DNA of 64,000 nt, from assembly GCA_963803805.1 (NCBI GenBank), contig CAWDOD010000002.1, forward strand, positions 864,001 through 928,000. Direction: 5' to 3'. A program made the position numbers and the translations under genes. Under the pieces are notes generated by a model, which saw only the letters and a list, made by a program, of their open reading frames with translations, was not told the origin of the DNA and did no database searches. The stretch's first letter is position 1. Each line of letters begins with the position of its first letter. Source of the DNA: an uncultured cyanobacterium (GTDB lineage Bacteria > Cyanobacteriota > Cyanobacteriia > Cyanobacteriales > CAWCAG01). This document shows, piece after piece, positions 55,611 through 64,000 of this stretch.

Positions 55611-55666
55611 TATTTACTTATCTGCGAGAAAGAAACTTTTTTTGCAAAAACCTCAGAGAAATTTAT
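55611..55666 (-). promoter_or_regulatory. Island motif copy 3, upstream of the sigma-like gene
   Basis: + strand tatttacttatctgcgagaaagaaactttttttgcaaaaacctcagagaaatttat. Confidence 0.75.
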
Positions 55667-55991
55667 CTCATTGAATTAATATTGTTTAAGTAGCAGTATA
55701 GGAAAAAAGTACTAGATAGATTTAGTACTTTAGTTGCATGAAATTTAGTCATATAGATCCTGTTCGGTGAAGATGCAGGTTCCTTAACATTTAATTAGGT
55801 GGGTCATAAGTTTCATTTCAATCCTGGGATTGTGAACAAAGATATACCTAAAATCAAACGCGATCGCACACATTAGTCATCTAAACTAGCGGTAAAAAGC
55901 ATCCAGTATCTCAAAACTCTACTCTGTCAAAAGAAATATAGCCAAAAGTGGCATAGCTGTTTGACATCCAACCAATTCTCCAAGGTTAACA

Positions 55992-58406
55992 ATGGGAACT
56001 TACAAAAAGGTCAACAAGTCAACTTCTCAACCCTCTAAGCTTTCACAAACTCCTAGTCCATTACAACGAAATTCCCTGCCTTCTGTGGCGCAACAGGGAA
56101 ATGGACAAACCTTAGAAGAAATGCAGGAGATGCGTGAGAGATTTGAAGCAGCAGGAAGTACCTTTTTGTTGAGTGATACTTACGATTCTCCAGCGCAACC
56201 AGAAGCGATACAAGCAAAGTTAACCATCGGTGAAGTGGGAGATCAGTATGAGCAGGAAGCCGACGCTGTAGCAGCAGATGTAGTTAAGAAAATTAATGCT
56301 CCTCCTTCTCCTAGCGATGTTGGTGGTAATAATCTCCAGCGTCAGGAAATCCCAGAAGAGGAGTTACAGATGAAACCCACTCTGCAACGTGATGGAGGAG
56401 TTGGGGGCGGTGCAGCTTCTGAGGAATTAGAACAAAATATTGAAAGTGCTAAAGGTGGTGGACAATCCTTAGACCCCAACTTACAGACGAAAATGGGTGA
56501 CGCGATGGGGGCTGACTTTAGTGGGGTAAAGATCCATACTGATGCAGCCTCAGATCAATTAAATCGTTCTATTCAAGCCAAGGCTTTTGCTACAGGACAA
56601 GATGTCTTTTTCCGTCAAGGAGCCTATTCTCCCCAAAGCGAAAGTGGACAGGAATTAATTGCCCACGAGTTAACCCATGTGGTGCAGCAAGGTGGGGCTG
56701 GGGTACAGGCAAAGCCTGCTGTACAAGCAAAAACTTTATCTCCAGGAATTAGCTTGAAACAAGGTGGTAGGGCTAATTTAAAATCAATTTCTCGCCAAGT
56801 TGATTCTCTCTCACCACAAAATAAAGCAGCTATAACCACTGCTTCGACAGCAACTTTACAAAGAGATGTAGACCATCAAGTATCGCCAATAATTACTCAA
56901 GGACTAGCACCAGCAGATCCTCAAGTAGCACCAGTAGACCTTGAACAACCATCCCCAGTTAACCCTGAAGTATCGCCAATAATTACTCAAGGACTAGCCC
57001 CAGCAGATCCTCAAGCACCATCAGCAGTAGACCCTCAAGCACCATTAGTAGCAGATCCTCAAGCCGCAGCACCAGCAGCGAATGCTTCCAATTCCCTAAG
57101 TCTGTTAACAGGAGATCCTCAATTTGCACTAGCTATTCATAAAGCAAAAAAAGGTGATCCCCCTCCTAAAGATTGGCCGAAAACGCAAAAAGCGCTCAAT
57201 ATCTGGAAGCAATTAAGTGCTGAAGCAAAGGCCAAGGATGAAGCCTCCTTATTTGAAGCTTCTGCCCTCAAAGTCTTTAAGACGATGTATGACACGGCTA
57301 TGGCTGAGCCACAAGCAGAGCAATCTGCGGATGGTCCAGTTAAGAAAGGACTTAAATTCGTTGGAAATTTGTTCTTCAAGTTCCTTAAAAAAGCTTTCTA
57401 TGATCCCATTGCCTATTGGACTAAAGGCCTTGTTAAGGAAGGTTATGGACTCCGAAAAGACATGGCTGCTGTCAAGCAAAACTTCTCTAATGCTTGGACT
57501 TACGGAAAGGGGCGAGAAGTATTAAAAGGAGTAAAAGGAATTATCGGTGCTATTGGTAAAGTTGCTGGGGGGATGGCTCTGTTAACAGGATTATTGGGGC
57601 TTATTCCTGGACTGCAACCAATTTTAGGTTTTACAGCAGTTGCGGGAACCTTAGCGATGTGGGCAGCAATGATTAATGGTTCTATCTCAGCCATAGAAAC
57701 TATTTATGATGGTGCGATCGCAGCTTACGAAAAAGTTAAAGATGGAGAAGTAAGCGCAGATAGAATGCAGAGCCTCAAGTTATCAGCTTTAGGTACAATC
57801 CAAGGAGGAGTTGCTTTTGCCACCTTCGGTTTATACCAATTCGCAGGAGGTTTCTCAGACGGTTTCCTCAGTGATCCTGTATCCAGAGCAGATGGGGCAT
57901 TTAATGATAAACTCCCCAACGTAGCTGATAATCAAGGTTATGTAGATAGTGCAACTAGCCCAAATACCGATGCTATAAGTCAAGGAGCAACTGCCACGGC
58001 AGAAAGAGCTACAAGAGGTGGTGTTGTTGGCCCTGGTGGCGCAGAGGCTCAGGGAAAAATCAAGGCTCAACATACGGCTCAACAAGATACTCAATTTTTG
58101 AAATCATGCCAAGCTCAATTGAGTAGCATCCAAGAGAGAGTCCTGGGTGTATCTTTGACAACATCTCAAACAGTTAGTGAGAGAAGGAATCAAGCCAACG
58201 CTCCTGTGAATCTGACTCAAGTAGCTCAGGATGTCGAAAGTGAATTTGGCGATCAGGTGGCACAGGAAGCAGGAGGGCCAGTAGAGTTTAATGAAGTAGA
58301 CGCTAGTAATGCGGTTTCAGAGGTTAAAGGAAAGACAGAAAAGGTTCAAGGTGTGGCGGAATCAATTGTAACTACAGCGCCATTAAGCGAGTCTGCCGAT
58401 GAATAA
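55992..58406 (+). CDS. DUF4157 domain protein with a hydrophobic, toxin-like C-terminal region
   Basis: QAKLTIG..D.YEQEAD, ADFSGVKIHTD, AKAFATGQDVFF, LIAHELTHVVQQ; Gly/Ala-rich hydrophobic helices later. Confidence 0.85.
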   Translation: MGTYKKVNKSTSQPSKLSQTPSPLQRNSLPSVAQQGNGQTLEEMQEMRERFEAAGSTFLLSDTYDSPAQPEAIQAKLTIGEVGDQYEQEADAVAADVVKKINAPPSPSDVGGNNLQRQEIPEEELQMKPTLQRDGGVGGGAASEELEQNIESAKGGGQSLDPNLQTKMGDAMGADFSGVKIHTDAASDQLNRSIQAKAFATGQDVFFRQGAYSPQSESGQELIAHELTHVVQQGGAGVQAKPAVQAKTLSPGISLKQGGRANLKSISRQVDSLSPQNKAAITTASTATLQRDVDHQVSPIITQGLAPADPQVAPVDLEQPSPVNPEVSPIITQGLAPADPQAPSAVDPQAPLVADPQAAAPAANASNSLSLLTGDPQFALAIHKAKKGDPPPKDWPKTQKALNIWKQLSAEAKAKDEASLFEASALKVFKTMYDTAMAEPQAEQSADGPVKKGLKFVGNLFFKFLKKAFYDPIAYWTKGLVKEGYGLRKDMAAVKQNFSNAWTYGKGREVLKGVKGIIGAIGKVAGGMALLTGLLGLIPGLQPILGFTAVAGTLAMWAAMINGSISAIETIYDGAIAAYEKVKDGEVSADRMQSLKLSALGTIQGGVAFATFGLYQFAGGFSDGFLSDPVSRADGAFNDKLPNVADNQGYVDSATSPNTDAISQGATATAERATRGGVVGPGGAEAQGKIKAQHTAQQDTQFLKSCQAQLSSIQERVLGVSLTTSQTVSERRNQANAPVNLTQVAQDVESEFGDQVAQEAGGPVEFNEVDASNAVSEVKGKTEKVQGVAESIVTTAPLSESADE
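56878..57015 (+). repeat. Direct repeat (48 bp x2, 90 bp period) in a Pro/Gln linker
   Basis: aagtatcgccaataattactcaaggactagc(a/c)ccagcagatcctcaag at 56878 and 56968. Confidence 0.8.
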
Positions 58407-58453
58407 AATCATTAGCATCTGGCTATAGATCAAGTAGCAATGGGGAACAATTA

Positions 58454-58915
58454 ATGGCAACTAATGGTATCAAACCCTATTTAACTTTAGGATTAATCGC
58501 TGGCATAGTTACAGGCTGGTTAATGGTGTTATTTGGCAATAGTAACGACTTACAAATATTAGCCCTTAACCTTGTTTTAGCACTAAAAATTATGTCCATT
58601 GTTATCCCCGTTGCCAGCCTATTGCTACAAGGTTATAAGCAATGGGCTAATCCCCAACAATCAAAAGTGACTAACCCTGTTGTCTTACTTCAACCTTTAG
58701 GCTTGGGTTCAGTAGCCTTTGTAGCAGCTTTGGCCTTATTTTTAGTTCCCATCTTAATTGCCCTGATGGTTATTAAAGGAGTGGATGGAGTCCAGTTAAG
58801 GGAGTTGATTTATCAACAAATGAATTGGCAATTTTGCTTCATTGGTTTAGCTGCAACTATTGTCAGCTTCTACATCAATGTATTTAGTAACTGGATTCGT
58901 TCTCCTCAACAATAA
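58454..58915 (+). CDS. 4-TM hypothetical membrane protein (candidate immunity protein)
   Basis: Four hydrophobic helices; 47 bp after the DUF4157 gene. Confidence 0.7.
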   Translation: MATNGIKPYLTLGLIAGIVTGWLMVLFGNSNDLQILALNLVLALKIMSIVIPVASLLLQGYKQWANPQQSKVTNPVVLLQPLGLGSVAFVAALALFLVPILIALMVIKGVDGVQLRELIYQQMNWQFCFIGLAATIVSFYINVFSNWIRSPQQ

Positions 58916-58921
58916 ACCCAT

Positions 58922-58949
58922 GTAGGGGGGAGTGTTCACTCGCTCCTAC
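58922..58949. repeat. GTAG-type REP-like palindrome
   Basis: gtagggggga-gtgttcact-cgctcctac. Confidence 0.5.
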
Positions 58950-58990
58950 TTTTTCCTGTTTTTAGAATAGTATTAATATCTTTTGATAAA

Positions 58991-60241
58991 ATGAAAACTA
59001 CTTCTGCTCAAATCAATCAACAGCTTATTTTCCAAACCAAATCTGGCGATTCTATAAAACTTGAAATCATTAAAATAAAACTTGCTAAAGAAAAGCAGGA
59101 AATTAAAGAATGCCAATTAATAGGCAACCTCGATTTAGCACTTTATCAACAAATAGAAAATCAGGAATTATTTCAACTTCAGCCTCAACTAAAAGGTAGA
59201 ATCTCTAGTGGTGAGTTTAACCCGAATTTGCCTTTAACCATAACTATTTACCTTGAGCCAGAATTACTTCCCAACTTAGAAAAACAAGCGGCTGGGGCAA
59301 AAAGTGCTGCTAATTACTTATTGAAGCTAGGTGAAACTCAACCGGACACGGAATTATTACAAACAGATAATTGGTTTACTCTAACAGTAAAACAACAACA
59401 ACCTAACCAAGAAATAACTCTTCGTACCTTCTGGGATTACTTAAATATCCCTCAAATTACCACAGAAAAAGCAGATATTACCGAGGACTTGCTTCATGAA
59501 GCGATGCTCAACTTTTGCCAAGATACAGTAACTACTGGATTAGTATCAGAACTTCCTAATTCTGTTAACCAAGAAGAAACTATTGCCGCAGCTAATCAAC
59601 TGCTCAGTAACTTATTTAGCAGTAATAGAGACGCAGAAGAATCAGAAAAAAATACTTTCCAAGGAATTGCTGATAGCCTGAGTTTATTGGAATCTTTAAT
59701 TCCTTCAGATATTACAGAAATTATTCAACGCCAAACTCTTAACCAAGAGGAAGTAGCATCCTTATCAAAGGCTACTTCACAGAGGCAATCTGCTTCTATT
59801 TTAACAGAAGTTAAAAGCTTTTTTGAAAATGAAAATTGGTCTTTTGAAGATATTGAAAATCAAAATATTCTGAGAATGTTCTTTCAAGGAGAAAATGGGC
59901 AATGGCTTTGTGTGGCAGAAGTAAAAGCAGAATTAGAACAGTTTATTTTCTCTTCAATTAGTAATACCAAAGCCCCAGAGATGGCCAAAGATGCTGTAGC
60001 TTCTTTACTAATGCGCTTTAATTGTGACTTAACTATTGGCAACTTTGAACTAGATTTTAGTGATGGAGAAATCCATTTTCGGACTAGTATTGATGTGCGA
60101 GGAAGTCGTTTAGATGAAGCTTTGATTAAAAACTTGGTTTACACCAACGTCTTGACAATGGACAAATACTTACCAGAAATCAACCGCTTAATCGAAGGTA
60201 AAACTGCTATGAGTAAATGGTTTAGTCAAATTCCTAGATAA
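58991..60241 (+). CDS. YbjN-domain (T3SS-chaperone-like fold) protein
   Basis: C-terminal FQGENGQW...GNFELDFSDGEIHFRTSIDV...MDKYLP. Confidence 0.8.
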   Translation: MKTTSAQINQQLIFQTKSGDSIKLEIIKIKLAKEKQEIKECQLIGNLDLALYQQIENQELFQLQPQLKGRISSGEFNPNLPLTITIYLEPELLPNLEKQAAGAKSAANYLLKLGETQPDTELLQTDNWFTLTVKQQQPNQEITLRTFWDYLNIPQITTEKADITEDLLHEAMLNFCQDTVTTGLVSELPNSVNQEETIAAANQLLSNLFSSNRDAEESEKNTFQGIADSLSLLESLIPSDITEIIQRQTLNQEEVASLSKATSQRQSASILTEVKSFFENENWSFEDIENQNILRMFFQGENGQWLCVAEVKAELEQFIFSSISNTKAPEMAKDAVASLLMRFNCDLTIGNFELDFSDGEIHFRTSIDVRGSRLDEALIKNLVYTNVLTMDKYLPEINRLIEGKTAMSKWFSQIPR

Positions 60242-60270
60242 TTGAGATGCTCATAATTGAGCATCGTAAC

Positions 60271-60684
60271 TTATTTCTCTATGGTCAGTTTAGTATCCCA
60301 CCTTCTCAGATAAAACAAAGTAAAGCAAGCCGCTAACATCGGCCAAGCAGCGAAAAATAATATGTTCGTATCTTGATAGGGAGCGAGATAAACCTTAAAA
60401 GGAGATAGGGTAGAAACTGAATGGAGAAATAGTACTGCTCCATAACTCAAAGTTTTTTTGATGCCCAGTACAAAACTGATAATAATTAATAGTTGAATCC
60501 CCCCAATTATATAAATGGGAATATTACTTAAACCAGAAATTAAGTAAAAGTTTTCAAAAACAGCAGAAGCGTGTTGTGGATTAATAAACTTGTCAAGAGT
60601 CCACACCAACATGACTAAAAATACCGACAATCTGAGGCTAACTAAAGCTGTGGCTACGGGGTTATGAGGATTATTGTTGGTCAC
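60271..60684 (-). CDS. DoxX-like membrane protein
   Basis: LRLSVFLVMLVWTLDKF, LFFAAWPMLAAC; 4 TM helices. Confidence 0.7.
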   Translation of the reverse strand: MTNNNPHNPVATALVSLRLSVFLVMLVWTLDKFINPQHASAVFENFYLISGLSNIPIYIIGGIQLLIIISFVLGIKKTLSYGAVLFLHSVSTLSPFKVYLAPYQDTNILFFAAWPMLAACFTLFYLRRWDTKLTIEK

Positions 60685-60771
60685 AATTGGTTTATCCTAG
60701 CAGTTTGAAGTTGCCCCCTGATTATAAAAGTCCAAAGTGATACTAAGCTTAATTTTTCCTGAACATAAAAA

Positions 60772-60800
60772 TTAGGGATGCAATTTGGTTCGCATCCCTA
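60772..60800 (-). terminator. Terminator hairpin
   Basis: tagggatgc...gcatcccta followed by a T tract on the minus strand. Confidence 0.65.
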
Positions 60801-60824
60801 AATTATTTTATTAAATTGCTTAGC

Positions 60825-61406
60825 TTACCAAACTTCTTGCTGATATTCTTGAACGCAACTATTGAGCATTTGCAAATCATTATCACTCAACTCACTCAAA
60901 GGTTGATAACCATCTAAACTAACCTCTGGTAAGTTAGGATTACCTTCTTTAGCAACGGTAGATTGAGATTTCAAAGCCACAGAATAAGGATAAGTTTCCT
61001 CATCATAAGGATCAACAACGGCAATATTCATTTTCTGAGGTTCAATGCTACCGTAGAAACAATTAAACTCAGATTGCGGGGCATAAAAAGCACCCACTAC
61101 TTTGTTGTTGCGTACCTGAAAAACCAAATACTCTGCACCTAATACATCTGGTTGAGGCGATCGCCCATAAAGATAGTTGCCATCAGCTAAAGATACTGTA
61201 GTAGCACCATCAGCCCCATTTCGTTCCCCTTCTAAAACAGCAACCATACTCTCGTACATCCGTTGCTGTTGTGCTGACTCGTGGTTTTGCAAATTGTAAG
61301 CAAACAAAGGAGCCGCACTAATTGCAATCAAGCCTGTACTGATTAATAAACCAACATTGAGCCAAGAAAGCTTTTTAAAATTTGTTTTTAAAATTCGATC
61401 CAACAA
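60825..61406 (-). CDS. Conserved-looking exported hypothetical protein
   Basis: N-terminal signal/TM; DGNYLYG.SPQPD..G.EYLVF...SEFNCFYG; TTG start with GAGGG RBS. Confidence 0.75.
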   Translation of the reverse strand: MLDRILKTNFKKLSWLNVGLLISTGLIAISAAPLFAYNLQNHESAQQQRMYESMVAVLEGERNGADGATTVSLADGNYLYGRSPQPDVLGAEYLVFQVRNNKVVGAFYAPQSEFNCFYGSIEPQKMNIAVVDPYDEETYPYSVALKSQSTVAKEGNPNLPEVSLDGYQPLSELSDNDLQMLNSCVQEYQQEVW

Positions 61407-61826
61407 AATATTCCCCTCACTCCCTCATATGACAATAGCTATTCAAAAACTTGCTCTTCTCGATCAAAGATATAACTCAATACTTAGAGTTAATACCAAA
61501 CTTCTTAAAGAACTACTTTTGTTAACTTGAGTATTTCCCTCTATTACAATTTACCTTTATTGGTATGGATCTTGCACCCTAAGCGTGACAGTTTTGTCTG
61601 TGGAACATTACGTAGCTACAGCAAAATTAAGGTAATTTACGCAAACAAATCTCGTTTTTGCCTCTAAATCCAGTTTAATTTTGCTATAAATATTTCTTAG
61701 GGAAGAGTTGGGATCGCAACCGAATCAAACTTTGGACTGTTATTTGCTGATTTTGCGGAGAAAGGGAAAAATATCCAAAAGTTAATACTTGTTAGTAAAT
61801 TTTTATTTACAAAAATTCATGGTTAG

Positions 61827-61889
61827 AGGGGTGACTCAATAAAATTAATCTCCTCAAGTTTTGAGCTGGAACTTGGGGAGTCACCCCTC
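61827..61889. other. Nested inverted-repeat structure downstream of sigB
   Basis: gaggggtgactc...gagtcacccctc encloses ctcctcaagtt...aacttggggag. Confidence 0.55.
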
Positions 61890-61928
61890 CAAAAGATGTC
61901 AATTGGATTGCTAGTTAAGCTTGCTCGC

Positions 61929-62915
61929 TTAACTAGCAGCAATATACTCACGCATATGGTTACGACGACGACGTAATTGATTGAGGGCTTGATTTTCCAA
62001 CTGACGGACTCGTTCGCGACTTAGATTCATTCTTTGACCAACTTTAGCCAGGGAAAGTTCCTTGCCATTATCCAACCCAAAGCGTAGGCATAATACCTCT
62101 CTTTGTTGGGGAGTCAATTCCGCTAGCATAGTTTGTAAATCTTGCCGCATGGACTCTTGGGTAATATAGTTGTCTGGAGAAGGACCGCTATCTTCAAGCA
62201 GATCAGATAATTCTGTATCTTGGTTATCCCCAACCCTAACATCAAGGGAAATCGGCTGGCGAGCAATACTTAAGTAATCACGGATTTGGCTGGTTTCCAA
62301 ATCCAGCACCTCAGCAATTTCTTTTGGGGTAGCGCTGCGACCCAACTTTTGAGCAAGTTCTCTTTGGGTTCTCTTGATTTTATTGAGCTTTTCGGTAATG
62401 TGAATTGGCAGGCGAATGGCACGGGCTTGTTGAGCGATCGCTCTAGTAATTGCTTGGCGAATCCACCAATAAGCATAGGTAGAAAACTTATAACCCCGCA
62501 TAGGGTCGAACTTTTCTACTCCCCTTTCTAAACCAAGAGTACCTTCTTGAATCAGGTCAAGAAACTCCATGTTACGCTTTTGGTATTTCTTGGCAATGGC
62601 TACAACTAAGCGTAAATTAGCTTCAATCATCTTAGCCTTACCGCCCTTGCCTTGACGTAGAATTTTCTTCAATTCCACTTCGCTTAACTCAACCTGATCT
62701 GCCCATTCTCTGAAACTGGGTTCACGGTCTAATTCTGCGGTTAGCTGTTCTTTTTTCTCTAGCAAGTTCATCATGGCTTGGACTTGCTTACCGTAGCGAA
62801 TTTCTTCGGTTTGAGTCAGTAAGGGGACACGACCAATTTCATGCAAATAGGTACGAACCATATCCGCCGATAAACTGGTTTTATCTGTTGTTTGGGCAAT
62901 TTTGGCAGTGGGCAT
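61929..62915 (-). CDS. sigB: Group 2 RNA polymerase sigma factor SigB
   Basis: MPTA...ADMVRTYLHEIGRVPLLT, ANLRLVVAIAKKYQKRNMEFLDLIQEG, KFSTYAYWWIRQ, SRERVRQ. Confidence 0.88.
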   Translation of the reverse strand: MPTAKIAQTTDKTSLSADMVRTYLHEIGRVPLLTQTEEIRYGKQVQAMMNLLEKKEQLTAELDREPSFREWADQVELSEVELKKILRQGKGGKAKMIEANLRLVVAIAKKYQKRNMEFLDLIQEGTLGLERGVEKFDPMRGYKFSTYAYWWIRQAITRAIAQQARAIRLPIHITEKLNKIKRTQRELAQKLGRSATPKEIAEVLDLETSQIRDYLSIARQPISLDVRVGDNQDTELSDLLEDSGPSPDNYITQESMRQDLQTMLAELTPQQREVLCLRFGLDNGKELSLAKVGQRMNLSRERVRQLENQALNQLRRRRNHMREYIAAS

Positions 62916-63263
62916 CTGTACGTAGTGACTCCGTAAACAAAGGAATTGAGTATTAAGTGGCTTATGGAGAGATGGTTATTTCTTGAGCTGTAGATAATAA
63001 ATTTGCATTCAGCAAAACAACTTTGTTAACTCACCTCTTGGAGGAGGGAGGGAAGTTTAAGCTTGTAGGTAATACTAGCATTTTTTTCTCACACAACACT
63101 ACAAAAGTTGATATAGAAGTATCGCTAGGTACTACTGTATGAGAATCGATATTTCTGGTATCGCTGAAGGTATAGTTACTCCTTGATTTAACCTTATACA
63201 TAAGAGAAGTAAACATCACTCAAGCAGTAATTTGAGCTAGATTTAGCTTATCTCGTTACTTAT

Positions 63264-63291
63264 TTAGACGAGCTTCAAGAATAAAAGGTTC
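63264..63291 (-). promoter_or_regulatory. ECF (RpoE/SigG-like) promoter upstream of sigB
   Basis: Minus strand GAACCT-N16-GTCTAA. Confidence 0.55.
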
Positions 63292-63731
63292 ATAATTCTT
63301 AGGGGCCCAAAAGAGGTATTCTTGTGCAGAGTCCTTAAGTAAGTAATACTGGGCTTCTCATTCCTCCTTAATCCTATGATGCCTCAGAGATCGCTCAATT
63401 ATAAAGGTGCGGTTGGTGTGGATCGCCGAACTATTAAACAGCTATAATTAAAAGCTTACTTTTTCTCAGCTAAATCTCAGTTAAATGTGGTTGTGTCAGT
63501 TGTTGAGGAACAGTTATCAACTCTCAACTATTAGAGCTGTCCATAAATCAAGAAAGCAAGTAGGAGTAAGGATTTAAGCAGATTAACATCTGTTTTGAGC
63601 AGAGTAGCATTTTTCCTGTTGTTCGTAGAGAAAGGCATTATTAGCATAGGCTTTTCCCTACTCAAAACTCAAGTCAAACATCTCCTCTTGGAGCTTGTAT
63701 CCAAGAGGAGGTAGGCTTTGTCAATGATTAA

Positions 63732-64000
63732 TCATGGTTTAAGAATAACCTTAATACAGTCATCTTTTTTTTCTTTGAAAATTTCATAGCCTTTAGGCGC
63801 TTCTTCTAAATTCATACGATGGCTGATGATATAAGAAGGATCAATCTCACCATTTTGAATCCGTTCTAACAGAGGCTGCAAATACTTTTGGACATGGGTT
63901 TGACCAGATCTTAAAGTCAGAGCTTTATTAACAATCGCTCCTAATGGTATATGGTCTACATAACCACCATAAACTCCCGGAATTGAAACTGTACCACCTT
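63732..64000 (-). CDS. 3' end of a zinc-dependent (formaldehyde/alcohol) dehydrogenase; 5' part lies outside the window
   Basis: Hand translation: [88 protein letters not shown]. Confidence 0.85.
   Translation of the reverse strand, partial: GGTVSIPGVYGGYVDHIPLGAIVNKALTLRSGQTHVQKYLQPLLERIQNGEIDPSYIISHRMNLEEAPKGYEIFKEKKDDCIKVILKP

Noticed and set aside
63031-63219. 62-aa ORF upstream of sigB
   Set aside because: No recognisable features or RBS; probably sigB leader sequence.

Overview
AT-rich cyanobacterial chromosome segment with frequent HIP1 GCGATCGC octamers. The NrtP-type nitrate permease suggests a marine or halotolerant strain. Bases 1-19 kb are mostly housekeeping genes: ndhCKJ, rubA-ycf48-psbEFLJ, SulP+USP, nirA-nrtP-narB with NtcA boxes, chlP and ddl. 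Bases 19-55.7 kb form a 36.6 kb minus-strand island. In transcription order it encodes an ECF-like sigma factor, a DUF1822 protein, a membrane-anchored CHAT protease-TPR, a Calx-beta protein, a FecR-like/TPR exported protein, an FHA(TPS)-CHAT fusion, a lipase-RTX giant, PPIase-HlyB-HlyD type I secretion genes, a TIGR03032 protein and a ~2800 aa FG-GAP/cadherin/RTX adhesin. The key unannotated signal is a 56-bp motif with invariant spacing, present three times in the same orientation: upstream of the sigma gene, the Calx-beta gene and the T1SS genes. It suggests a sigma/DUF1822/CHAT protease-gated regulon that controls secretion. Bases 56-64 kb hold a DUF4157 toxin-like gene with a membrane protein and a YbjN-domain protein, a DoxX-like protein, sigB with an ECF-type promoter, and a partial Zn-dehydrogenase. 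Two +1 homopolymer frameshifts may be sequencing errors. No rRNA, tRNA, CRISPR array or transposase was seen. Domain calls come from motif recognition, not database searches.
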